DNA from: Promethearchaeota archaeon
GTDB taxonomy: Archaea; Asgardarchaeota; Lokiarchaeia; Sigyniarchaeales; SOKP01
Assembly (NCBI GenBank): GCA_030603385.1
Contig: JAUVXW010000008.1
Span: 64,001-128,000, forward strand
Length of the DNA: 64,000 nt
Direction of reading: 5' to 3'
The translations under genes were made by a program, and so were the position numbers. Every line of letters begins with the position of its first letter. Position 1 is the first letter of the stretch. This document shows, in pieces, positions 19,799 to 29,364 of this stretch. Under the pieces are notes generated by a model that was not told the origin of the DNA, searched no databases, and was given only the letters and a program-made list of their open reading frames with translations.

Positions 19799-21031
19799 AT
19801 GGATATCATCGATAATTTAAAGAAACTAGGTAAAAATTGGAGATTAACAGCTCTTTTAGTCTGGATGTTAGTAGGAATAGCTATTATTCCATATCCTAAC
19901 CGTATTGTTTCAATAATTGGCATTTTGATATTTTTACCATTCTTAGTTTTTTTAATGTTCTTGTTTTTGCTTTCTCTTATTTCTAAGAAGAATATTTTTG
20001 AGTACTCCCCATGGAAAATAATTGTGTTTTTGTTGATTTCTTTACCTATTATGCTTTTTATTTCAATAATTTTAATAGTACTATTAGCAATTTCAGTTGT
20101 CTCTTACTTTTTCTTTACATCATGGTTTATCCTTTATGGATGTTATTTATTAGGAAAAAATATTGATACTAAATTATATAAAACTCCTAAATTAAGACCT
20201 TTTATAAGAACTCTCATCTTTTTCGGAGGTTTAGCTGCTTCTCTTCTATTCTTATATCTATTTATTATAGGGCCTACATTATTTGATTTTTCTGTTATAA
20301 TCGAAACACCAATAGATTTCCCATGGTATCTTAATGGAATTTATATACTTGTTGGAGGAGTTCTTGTTGGACTCGCAATTGTTTGCATTGTTTATATGTT
20401 TAAAAAAAGCTTTGCTGGTTGGTTTGGTACATTTGCAATATTGGTTTCAATCTATACACTATTTCTGATATTAAAGATCTATCTAGGTATTGTTGATACT
20501 GAACCGGATGAGATTGGTTCTATTTGGGCTTACATTGCAGTGATAATCCCAGATCTATTTATTATCTTTTATTCTCTGAGTACTCTTATGGGATCCCAAG
20601 CAGAACTTTTAAGTAAAAGATTTAAAAGGTTTGGACTTGATGCAGTAATAATTTGGTTGATACTTTCAAAGGTAACATATGAATTTATTCACTACTTCCC
20701 TTACGATGTCTTTCAAGAAGTAAACGTTCCTTGGCTTAATGCCTTATCTACTTTAGATACTAATGATCTTATTAATCTTGTCAAAAATGTTGCTGTACTA
20801 ATATTCTTTATAGCTTTATTAGTAGTAATAGGAATATATGAGATTAATAAATATGCTAAAGAGCAGAAACAGTTAAAAATAGAAGTTGATTTGGATGTAA
20901 AAGAATTACTCGCCCCCCAACCAATTTTAGAAGAAAAACATGAAACCGAGGCAAGTGATCCTTCAGAACCCATAGAAGACACTGAAATTTATGATAAAAC
21001 TGATGAAGACAATGAAGACGAAGTATTTTAA
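19799..21031 (+). CDS. multi-pass membrane protein with acidic tail
   Basis: About 9-10 hydrophobic helices. Confidence 0.8.
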   Translation: MDIIDNLKKLGKNWRLTALLVWMLVGIAIIPYPNRIVSIIGILIFLPFLVFLMFLFLLSLISKKNIFEYSPWKIIVFLLISLPIMLFISIILIVLLAISVVSYFFFTSWFILYGCYLLGKNIDTKLYKTPKLRPFIRTLIFFGGLAASLLFLYLFIIGPTLFDFSVIIETPIDFPWYLNGIYILVGGVLVGLAIVCIVYMFKKSFAGWFGTFAILVSIYTLFLILKIYLGIVDTEPDEIGSIWAYIAVIIPDLFIIFYSLSTLMGSQAELLSKRFKRFGLDAVIIWLILSKVTYEFIHYFPYDVFQEVNVPWLNALSTLDTNDLINLVKNVAVLIFFIALLVVIGIYEINKYAKEQKQLKIEVDLDVKELLAPQPILEEKHETEASDPSEPIEDTEIYDKTDEDNEDEVF

Positions 21032-21177
21032 ACCGATTAGATCAGTTTTTAATACAATTTATAAAATTAATTAATTTTTTTTCTTTTTTGTAAATTAAAA
21101 ATTCTTCATAGATTAATTGGTTAATAATTAGTTTTATCAAAGAATATTTCAAATGATGTTATATTTAATCTCTACTA

Positions 21178-21705
21178 GTGGTTAATATGAGTAATTATGA
21201 ATCTAATGTTGAGGAATTATTTCTTGAAAAATTTGAGAAATTAGCATTAAGAGTTGAACAACTTACTGATGAAATTTTGAAAATGAAGGATAAATTAGAT
21301 AAAAATTATAAACTTAATAGAACATTTGGCTTGAAAACAATTAGAAATTCTGAATCTTTAGAATTTGCAAAGGATATAATGGGTATTGGAAGCCCAACAA
21401 AAAGATATCTTTTATCCTTAAGAGCGATTACAGAAGAATGGAAAGGAAGAAAAAATGATATTCTCTTAACCATCAGACAACAAGAACAAGAAACTCATTT
21501 AGATTTAAAGGCTCTTGGAATCAGAATTCCAATAAATGATATCAAGAATATTTCACTATTAGCTAAAGAAATTTTATCTCTTCTATATATTTCTTGTGAT
21601 TTACATGGCACGTCTATTAATGAAATACTAAGGGACATTATTACTGAGATAAATGAAAATGGATATAAAATGGTTCAAGAAATTAAACAAAAAATGGTTT
21701 TTTAG
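21178..21705 (+). CDS. hypothetical protein with N-terminal coiled coil
   Basis: 175-aa ORF. Confidence 0.65.
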   Translation: MVNMSNYESNVEELFLEKFEKLALRVEQLTDEILKMKDKLDKNYKLNRTFGLKTIRNSESLEFAKDIMGIGSPTKRYLLSLRAITEEWKGRKNDILLTIRQQEQETHLDLKALGIRIPINDIKNISLLAKEILSLLYISCDLHGTSINEILRDIITEINENGYKMVQEIKQKMVF

Positions 21706-21759
21706 CAATACATTTAGTTTTTCTTTAGATTAACATACTCTTTATAGATAAATTAATGA

Positions 21760-21781
21760 TCGTGAAACCATAGTTTCACGA
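21760..21781. promoter_or_regulatory. perfect palindrome TCGTGAAAC-CATA-GTTTCACGA, candidate operator
   Basis: 9-bp inverted repeat about 130 nt upstream of the crotonase gene. Confidence 0.5.
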
Positions 21782-21853
21782 AATTTTATTCTAAATGAAC
21801 TCATAATGGAGATGAAAAATTTAGATAGTTGTTTTAAATGTTATGAGATTATT

Positions 21854-21873
21854 TTTAATGAATACTCATTAAA
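21854..21873. promoter_or_regulatory. palindrome TTTAATGA-ATAC-TCATTAAA, FadR(TetR)-box-like operator
   Basis: 8-bp inverted repeat about 35 nt before the acyl-CoA operon. Confidence 0.55.
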
Positions 21874-21908
21874 TGAAATTTTTATGATAAAATCGAGTTG
21901 AAAAGAAT

Positions 21909-22697
21909 TTGGATTATGAAGATATAATTTTCGAAATAAAAGATCGTGTTGCGCGAATAACTATTAATCGTCCTGAACGATATAATGCGTGTACACAAAA
22001 GACAGTTCATGAATTAATAGATGCTTTTAACAAGTGCATAGACAACGAAATAGGTGTTGTGGTATTTACGGGTGTTGGAGAAAAAGCGTTTTGCACTGGT
22101 GGAGATCAGAGTACCCGTGAAAAGGGGGGATATAAAGGAGGACATTTGTTACCCCTTGAGGTAGGCTGGCAACGTGTTACACATTTAATACGTACTTTAC
22201 CTAAACCCGTTATAGCTCGAGTGAATGGATATGCTATCGGAGGTGGCCATGTTTGGCATGTTAATTGTGATCTAAGTATTGCAGCAGAACATGCACAGTT
22301 AGGACAAGCAGGACCTCGTGTAGGCTCGTTTGATCCTGGCTATGGAACTGGTGACTTAATGCGTGCTGTAGGTTTAAAGCGTGCGAAGGAAATCTGGTAT
22401 CTTTGTCGACGGTATACAGCTCAACAAGCTCTCAAAATGGGACTTGTAAATGCTGTGGTACCTATGGAAAAATTAGATGAGGAAGTAGAACAATGGTGTC
22501 AGGAATTATTAGAGAAGAGTCCTACAGCCTTGAAAATGCTAAAATATGCTTTTTTAGCTGAGACAGATGGTGTTACTGGGGTTACTCAGCTTGGTGTTGG
22601 TGGCTTATCACTTTATTATGGCACAGATGAAGCTGTAGAAGGAAAAAATGCATTTTTAGAAAAACGTAAACCAGACTTTAACCAATTTAGAAAATAG
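21909..22697 (+). CDS. crotonase family, BadI/MenB-like (2-ketocyclohexanecarboxyl-CoA hydrolase / DHNA-CoA synthase)
   Basis: INRPERYNA, FCTGGDQ, GQAGPRVGSFDPGYG, LYYGTDEAVEG, EKRKPDF. Confidence 0.85.
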   Translation: MDYEDIIFEIKDRVARITINRPERYNACTQKTVHELIDAFNKCIDNEIGVVVFTGVGEKAFCTGGDQSTREKGGYKGGHLLPLEVGWQRVTHLIRTLPKPVIARVNGYAIGGGHVWHVNCDLSIAAEHAQLGQAGPRVGSFDPGYGTGDLMRAVGLKRAKEIWYLCRRYTAQQALKMGLVNAVVPMEKLDEEVEQWCQELLEKSPTALKMLKYAFLAETDGVTGVTQLGVGGLSLYYGTDEAVEGKNAFLEKRKPDFNQFRK

Positions 22698-22705
22698 TGA
22701 GGATA

Positions 22706-23557
22706 ATGAAAATAAAAAATGTATGTGTAATCGGAGCAGGGATTATGGGATCAGGAATTGCCCAATTAATAGCAACTCACGGTTATAATGTAAATTTAGT
22801 TGATGTAAGTGAGGAGTTATTGAAAAAAGTTAAAAATTCGATAGAAATTAATTTAGAGAGGTTTTTTGTTGCTAAAAATAAAATAACTAAAGAAGAAGCA
22901 GAAAAAATTTTAAACAGAATTAGCCTAAATGTTAATAAACATGAAGCTGTTAAGGATGTTCAAATAGTAATTGAAGCTGTTTTTGAAGATATGGATTTAA
23001 AACAACAATTATTTTCTGAACTGGATAACCTGTGTAAAAAAGATGTAATTCTTGCGTCTAATACATCATCTTTAAGTATCACAGATATTGCCTTAAAGTC
23101 TAAAAATCAAGAAAGGATAATAGGAATACATTTCTTCAACCCAGCTCCGGTAATGAAATTGATTGAATTAATAAAGGGAAATAACACTTCTGATGAAATT
23201 GTAGAAAAATCAAAATTATTTTCTGAAAGTTTAAATAAAACAGTGGTGACTGTAAATGATTCACCTGGTTTCGTAACAACTCGACTTATTTATGTATTAT
23301 GTAATGAAGCAATTAATTTGTTTACGAAAGGAATTGCCAGTGCCAAAGATATAGATACTGCATGTAAATTAGCATTCAATTTTCCTATGGGCCCTTTAGA
23401 ACTTTCTGATTTAGTTGGTAATGATATATATTATCATATTGGGAGGTATTTAGAAGAAGAGCTAGGACAAAAGTATCAACCAAGCCCTCTTTTACAAGAA
23501 ATGGTAGAAAGCGGACTTCTAGGGAGAAAAACGAGGAAAGGTTTCTATGAGTACTAA
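22706..23557 (+). CDS. 3-hydroxyacyl(butyryl)-CoA dehydrogenase
   Basis: GAGIMGSGIA, IEAVFE, SNTSSL, HFFNPAPVM, PMGPLEL, GRKTRKGFY. Confidence 0.92.
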   Translation: MKIKNVCVIGAGIMGSGIAQLIATHGYNVNLVDVSEELLKKVKNSIEINLERFFVAKNKITKEEAEKILNRISLNVNKHEAVKDVQIVIEAVFEDMDLKQQLFSELDNLCKKDVILASNTSSLSITDIALKSKNQERIIGIHFFNPAPVMKLIELIKGNNTSDEIVEKSKLFSESLNKTVVTVNDSPGFVTTRLIYVLCNEAINLFTKGIASAKDIDTACKLAFNFPMGPLELSDLVGNDIYYHIGRYLEEELGQKYQPSPLLQEMVESGLLGRKTRKGFYEY

Positions 23558-23795
23558 ATTTCACCGCCATTTTGGACCAAGTGTTTTTTCTCATTTTTTT
23601 ATAAAACTTTAATATTTACTTATTGCATATAATTACTTTTTGCATTTAAAATATGTATTAATATAACGTAAAAGTCATATTTTGATTATTTTTTAATATA
23701 AAAAGTCTTATTAAATATTCGTAATATAAAAAATTGGGTTAAGGTTTTTAGGGGTTTATAAATTCGAGAATCTCTTTCCTAAAAAATAATTTATT

Positions 23796-24284
23796 ATGAG
23801 TAAGTCTAGGCTAACAAAAAAAAATCTGGAATTTGAAGAGCAAGTTGATAGAAACGATAAAAACTACATGAATTTAGTTGAGAAATACAATCAATTAAAG
23901 GAAGAAAATCAAAATTTATCAGACGAAAGTAAAATTTTAAAAGATCTTATCATCGAAAGTACTAAGAAAAATTATCAAATATCTTTAATAGAAGCAGGTA
24001 ATTTAAATAATTCTCATAAAAATTCAGAAATTAAAAATTCTTTCTATATCCAGATAATTTTAGGAATTATTGTAATTGTTTTATCATTAGGATTTCACAT
24101 TTTATATTTATCCATTACAGATTGATTATTATATAATGGCGGAGATCCAGGATGTTGGATTAAAAACTGGTTGGGTATTGATATCCATGCAAGTTTTTAT
24201 CTTGATGTTATGTTATATTCGTTGATCGCGCTTCAGTCTCTTCTAATAATTTTAATAATAAGAACCCAACTAGCAAAAGCATAA
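23796..24284 (+). CDS. coiled-coil + two-TM protein with an in-frame TGA at 24123-24125
   Basis: Reading continues in frame after TGA as LLYNGGDPGCWIKNWLG...second TM, to TAA at 24282-24284. Confidence 0.6.
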
Positions 24285-24348
24285 TTAAATTTCTTTTAAG
24301 AAGATTTATATCTATAGAATAAAATTAGGATATTGACCAAAGATTATA

Positions 24349-26097
24349 TCATTTCTTTACTAAGATTAGTTTATCTTCTTCAAGAATTATTTTATCTTTA
24401 TTTAAAGGACTGAAATTGTATGTACTTCTCATTGCATAAACGATTAAATCTCCAAATATTTTTAGTTTTAATGTTTTGAATAAATCATTTATCATTTGAA
24501 GATCTTCAGGAATTGATACACCAAAGAAAGGATTTAACAATAAATATATCGAAGCACCTAAAATTATACCAAAAAGTAAGCTAATTCTACTATTAAATGG
24601 GAAAAACCATAATATAAAAAACAGAATAAATAAATTTGGTACTAAGCGATATATTCTAATTTTATAATTTACTTTAAGCTTCCGTTTAAGTTGAAAGATT
24701 GTATAAGGTAACAGAAAGAAGGCGGATATCAACATCACTATCCCAATACCTAAGATCCCAAAAAGAAAAAGAAAAATTGGAGATAATCCTGTTATTATTA
24801 TGATTGTTATTAGAAAACCTCTTGCTGCGGAATTAGCATTTCCAGATCCTATTAGAGCATTTCCAAATAGGGTCGAATATCCATAAATAAACTGACCTAA
24901 AACTATAAGAATGAATAAAGTTTGTGCCATAGAAAAGATTTCGCTATTGAAAGTTCCTCCCTCCATAAATAGATCTCTATGTAAATAAAATAGCAATTCC
25001 CCTGAAAGGGCTACCATTGCAGTGAGAAACCCAAGAGCTAAAATGCTGGAAATTCTTGTTGAATCGTTAATTGAAGCCTCTACAGTACCATAACTCTCTT
25101 TAGCAAACGCTTCAGCAATCTCAATGCTCAATGGAGCAGAGTAATACAATATTACTGTTTTAACAGCTCCGTAAGTCATTAAGACAGTTAATAAACTCAA
25201 TGCTAACCCCTGATATTCAGGATCTGAAAATATAGCTAAATATATAGCAGTAAAAAAAAATAAAATATCTTCGAAAAATTTTGAATTTTGAATATTAGTT
25301 AGCATTGAATAGGCAGAATTTTTCATATATAGCAATATTTGATGTTCCTCAATTAATTGACTAATTTCTGGAGATGTTCTTTTTTTCATAGTCCTTGTTC
25401 TTAAACCTGCTTGAATTATTTCTTTAATTGAATAAGGGGCCTGCTTGCTAAAAAAAAAAGCAAATAAAAATAATGTAGTAATATTGAAAAACGGGTGAAA
25501 TGCAAACCAAAAAGGGCTGATATTAAAAGAGATAAAAATGTATCCCCAAAATAATAGAAAAATCCCTGCAAATATTGATAAAAATGCAATTATATCGTAT
25601 CTATTCTTAATTTCTAACCCAATTTGAAAAACATAGTTGCTATATATTAAAATAGAGCTAACTCCTGACGCAAAAATACATTCTCTTAATAATTGATTTG
25701 TTTGAACAAAACCAAAAATATAGGATATCATAATCATCCCAAGTCCTAATATCAACCCAACTAGAAACAGAATTTTCGAATAGGTTGCTGCTTTTAAACG
25801 CCCTAATTCTTCATTAACAATAAAGGCAGTTTTTATTTCTGCAATAAAATATCTTGAAATTCCTATCCCCATCAATCCTACAATACCGTTTATTGCGGTT
25901 GTTAATCCGAAATATTTTAACCCTTCCCATCCTGTACCTAATATTATGAAAACCCAAATACATCCCGCATTAATTAATGCAAAAAACATATAAAGAGATC
26001 CAGAAGTTATCACTCGCGAACTCCCTTCTTGCTCAAAGAACTTTCGATCTCTTGAGAAATCAATTTTAAGTTCTTTTCTCTCTGGTATTTTTTCCAT
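24349..26097 (-). CDS. MOP-superfamily flippase/MATE-like transporter
   Basis: About 14 TM helices; GISRYFIAE and ALIGSG patterns typical of polysaccharide flippases. Confidence 0.7.
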   Translation of the reverse strand: MEKIPERKELKIDFSRDRKFFEQEGSSRVITSGSLYMFFALINAGCIWVFIILGTGWEGLKYFGLTTAINGIVGLMGIGISRYFIAEIKTAFIVNEELGRLKAATYSKILFLVGLILGLGMIMISYIFGFVQTNQLLRECIFASGVSSILIYSNYVFQIGLEIKNRYDIIAFLSIFAGIFLLFWGYIFISFNISPFWFAFHPFFNITTLFLFAFFFSKQAPYSIKEIIQAGLRTRTMKKRTSPEISQLIEEHQILLYMKNSAYSMLTNIQNSKFFEDILFFFTAIYLAIFSDPEYQGLALSLLTVLMTYGAVKTVILYYSAPLSIEIAEAFAKESYGTVEASINDSTRISSILALGFLTAMVALSGELLFYLHRDLFMEGGTFNSEIFSMAQTLFILIVLGQFIYGYSTLFGNALIGSGNANSAARGFLITIIIITGLSPIFLFLFGILGIGIVMLISAFFLLPYTIFQLKRKLKVNYKIRIYRLVPNLFILFFILWFFPFNSRISLLFGIILGASIYLLLNPFFGVSIPEDLQMINDLFKTLKLKIFGDLIVYAMRSTYNFSPLNKDKIILEEDKLILVKK

Positions 26098-26283
26098 AAA
26101 TAATAAGCTATCTCTTAACTAATTATTCAATATGAATTTTTTAGTTAAAAAAAAGTTTTAGAAAAAATCTAAAAACATGTAAAAGAATAGAGTTGCCCAT
26201 CTTATTTATCTAGTAATAATAGAGAATTTTATGATTGACTGTTTTTACTACATAATATTATTAAAGATAATCAGATGAGTTAA

Positions 26284-26457
26284 ATGGTTGGTAAAGATAT
26301 TATATGTGAGAATTGTGGAGAAAATACTGACTCAGAAATATTTAATTGTGAAGATTGTAGTAATATTCTCTGCGATACGTGTAGTAACATCTGTAAAAAA
26401 TGTGGAAGCTATTTATGTGATAATTGCTATCATGAACATAAAAAAAACTGTAAATAA
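26284..26457 (+). CDS. 57-aa cysteine-rich zinc-finger protein (5 CxxC plus H/C)
   Basis: Not in track: MVGKDIICENCGENTDSEIFNCEDCSNILCDTCSNICKKCGSYLCDNCYHEHKKNCK; stop abuts next ATG. Confidence 0.8.
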   Translation: MVGKDIICENCGENTDSEIFNCEDCSNILCDTCSNICKKCGSYLCDNCYHEHKKNCK

Positions 26458-26853
26458 ATGAAAGGTTCTTATATTTTAGTTATTCACATTCCTGAAATGA
26501 TTGAAATAACTATTGGTGCTTTAGACAGCGTCTTATTTGACAAAGGGTTTTATTTATATATTGGATCTGCTATGGGCGGTTATGGTTCAAATACCTTAGA
26601 AAATAGAGTAAAAAGACATATTTCACCTTCAAATAATAAAAAAACTCACTGGCATATTGATTACTTATTAAATTATGAGAAAAGTATTATAACACAGTTA
26701 TACTTAATTCCTTCATTATATCGTCTAGAGTGTATAATTGCTAAAGAAATGATGGAGTTTTCAGACGATATTATTGAAGATTTTGGATCATCTGATTGTA
26801 TGTGCAACAGCCATTTATTTTATTTCCAGCAATTTAAAGAGTTTAGATATTAA
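26458..26853 (+). CDS. GIY-YIG (DUF123/Uri) nuclease family protein
   Basis: GSYIL, YLYIGSA, RVKRH, HWHIDYLL, FGSSDCxCxSHL. Confidence 0.9.
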   Translation: MKGSYILVIHIPEMIEITIGALDSVLFDKGFYLYIGSAMGGYGSNTLENRVKRHISPSNNKKTHWHIDYLLNYEKSIITQLYLIPSLYRLECIIAKEMMEFSDDIIEDFGSSDCMCNSHLFYFQQFKEFRY

Positions 26854-27102
26854 AGTAATTTAACTCAAAAAAAATAATAATAAAAATGTAAAAATTATCG
26901 TATGGAGAATATTGAAGGGAAAAGTCAAAAATTTAAAACATAATATTTGATTAAGGATTACGATTAGATTGTGAGTAACTGTTTCCAATCAGATTTATTG
27001 AAGTACATTTTGATATTTTTGAAAAATTAAATAAAATCCTTAAAATTTTTTAAACTTGCAATTGAATTTTACATATCAGAAATCAAAATAAAAAAATAAA
27101 AA

Positions 27103-28050
27103 GTGAAAAATATGGGAATGTTAGATGGAAAAGTTGCCATAATAACTGGCGCTGGTCGTGGTCTTGGTCGTGAGGAAGCCTTACTATTTGCTAAGGAGGG
27201 ATGTAATTTATTAGTAAACGATTTAGGCGGCAGTTTTGATGGTAGTGGGGCTGAAGCTAAGGTTGCTGATGAAATTGCAGAAGAATGTAAAAAATTGGGA
27301 GTTAAAGCTGTAGGAAATTATGATTCAGTCACTGATTTTAATAAGGCAAAAGCAATGATTGATCAAGCAATTTCTGAATACGGAAAGTTAGATATTGTTG
27401 TAAATAATGCTGGAATTTTACGGGATAGGATGCTTTTTAATATGACAGAGAAAGAGTTTGATGATGTTATAGCTGTACATTTGAAAGGTACGTTTAACAT
27501 GACTCGTCATGTTTCTTCATATTTTAGAGAACAAGGAAAGGCTAATCCCGATTTAGGTGTTTTTGGGAGAATAATCAATACTGCTTCAGATGCGGGTTTA
27601 TTAGGAAATGTGGGTCAAACTAATTATGGTGCTGCAAAAGCAGGTATTGCTGCCTTTACAAATATCGCCTCAATGGAATTAGGTAAATATGCTACGGTTA
27701 ATTGTATTGTGCCTGTAGCTAGAACGAGACTCACAACAGATGCAACACCGACAATGGTAGGGACAATGAGTATGAAAGATAAAAGAGGTTTTGATATCTT
27801 CAATCCCACTAATGTTGCTCCTATGGTTGCATTTCTAGCTTCAGATCATGCAATTAAGATTACAGGAGAAGTTTTCAGAGTGGTAGGTGATCGGGTTTTC
27901 TCATTAATAGGGTGGACTACCTATAAGCAAATAGATAACAATGGAGAACCGTTCTCTCCTCAAATTTTAGCAGAACGAGTTCAAGAAGAATTATTAAAAG
28001 GTAAACCTAAAAAAGAGACTTTAGCAAGTTCACTTGCATCTTTAATGTAA
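27103..28050 (+). CDS. SDR family oxidoreductase (3-oxoacyl / hydroxyacyl-CoA dehydrogenase-like)
   Basis: TGAGRGLG, VNDLGG, NNAGILRD, NYGAAK. Confidence 0.92.
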   Translation: MKNMGMLDGKVAIITGAGRGLGREEALLFAKEGCNLLVNDLGGSFDGSGAEAKVADEIAEECKKLGVKAVGNYDSVTDFNKAKAMIDQAISEYGKLDIVVNNAGILRDRMLFNMTEKEFDDVIAVHLKGTFNMTRHVSSYFREQGKANPDLGVFGRIINTASDAGLLGNVGQTNYGAAKAGIAAFTNIASMELGKYATVNCIVPVARTRLTTDATPTMVGTMSMKDKRGFDIFNPTNVAPMVAFLASDHAIKITGEVFRVVGDRVFSLIGWTTYKQIDNNGEPFSPQILAERVQEELLKGKPKKETLASSLASLM

Positions 28051-28061
28051 ATGTAATTTCA

Positions 28062-28077
28062 TTTTTTTTTTTTTTTT
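28062..28077 (+). terminator. 16-nt poly-T archaeal-type terminator
   Basis: T run 12 nt after the SDR stop codon. Confidence 0.6.
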
Positions 28078-28105
28078 ACACTGAAGAATAATCTTTTTGT
28101 GAATG

Positions 28106-28612
28106 TTATTTGTCAATTAAATCATTAAAGAATTTATCATCAAAGTGATCTTTTTCTTCAGTATCTCCTTTCTCATCTTTGTACGAATAATAGAGGGCTA
28201 AAAACGTTCCCGTTAATAGACCAATAACTGCTCCAGAAAGAAAGGTATATCCTACATACAAAAAGAAAACAATTATATGCCCCCCAATAGTTATCATTAC
28301 TAAAATCGTCTGGTATAAACTAATAAATACACAAGCTAAAATACCTCCAGAAATCCCTACAATAATACCATATTTTAAGAATTCTTGATGTGGTTTTCGA
28401 TTTCTAAAAAAGTTTAATAGCCCAAAAATAGATCCTAATAAAAATTCAAGATCAGCAAAAAGGACAACTCCAAAAAAAAGTATTTCTCCTACTATCATAG
28501 ATATAATTGAAATTATAACATAACATATGGTAGTAATTAACGCAGAAATCCATATGCCCCATTTTACATTCTTTTCTTTAATTATATTAATTACGTCACT
28601 CATTTTTCTCAT
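28106..28612 (-). CDS. four-TM membrane protein
   Basis: Hydrophobic, Gly-rich helices. Confidence 0.75.
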   Translation of the reverse strand: MRKMSDVINIIKEKNVKWGIWISALITTICYVIISIISMIVGEILFFGVVLFADLEFLLGSIFGLLNFFRNRKPHQEFLKYGIIVGISGGILACVFISLYQTILVMITIGGHIIVFFLYVGYTFLSGAVIGLLTGTFLALYYSYKDEKGDTEEKDHFDDKFFNDLIDK

Positions 28613-28979
28613 TAAAAGATAGGTTATATTAAGAAAATGAAAAAAGAATATGTTAAGTATATTACTAATTTTTTAATAATAGGGAACTTAACTGTATTTT
28701 TAAATTTTTTAATCATCACAACGTCATCTTGAAACCTAAGGAAATTCATTCCTTTGAATGTTTTATTCAAGTTTTTATCCTTTAACATCCCTTTCTTTAT
28801 AGTGTCTGAAGATAATGTGTATCATGGAAATAATCGAATTTTATGGATTTATTTAGAAGAAGTTAAAAAATGATAAATAGCTTTTTTAATTTAGATTTGT
28901 ATATTTATTTATAAAATTACACCTTACATAATAATTAAAGAATTTATAATCTCACAAAATCAAAATTGGAATGAGTTAA

Positions 28980-29333
28980 ATGAGTGAAAGAATAACAGAA
29001 ATACTTGATTCTTTAAAGGCGATTAAAGGAGTTCATGGGGCGGCTCTTATTGAGAAATTTGGTTTAATTAGAGGTAGCGCATTACCCGGATGGGTAGACC
29101 CAGAAGCTGTAGCTGCTATGGTGACCTTAATTTTGAAAGCAAGTCAAAGAGCAACTAAAGAATTAGAACAAGGGCAATTCTTTAGTGCGATAATAGAGTC
29201 TGAGAAGGGAAAAATACTTTTTAGCGAAATCGAGGGTAATATTCTCACGATAATAACTACAAAAGAAGCTAAGCTTGGTATAATTAATCTAAAATTGGAT
29301 GCTGCTAGTAATGAAATCAGAAAAGGGTTATAA
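28980..29333 (+). CDS. roadblock/LC7 (MglB-like) protein
   Basis: GVHGAALI..FGL, VAAMVTLI, LGIINLKL; 117 aa. Confidence 0.85.
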   Translation: MSERITEILDSLKAIKGVHGAALIEKFGLIRGSALPGWVDPEAVAAMVTLILKASQRATKELEQGQFFSAIIESEKGKILFSEIEGNILTIITTKEAKLGIINLKLDAASNEIRKGL

Positions 29334-29364
29334 TTTTTTCTCTATTTTTTTAAATTAAAATATC

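Noticed and set aside
24285-24348. SECIS element downstream of the UGA-containing gene
   Set aside because: Region is short and AT-rich; no AUGA/GA kink-turn stem identified by eye.
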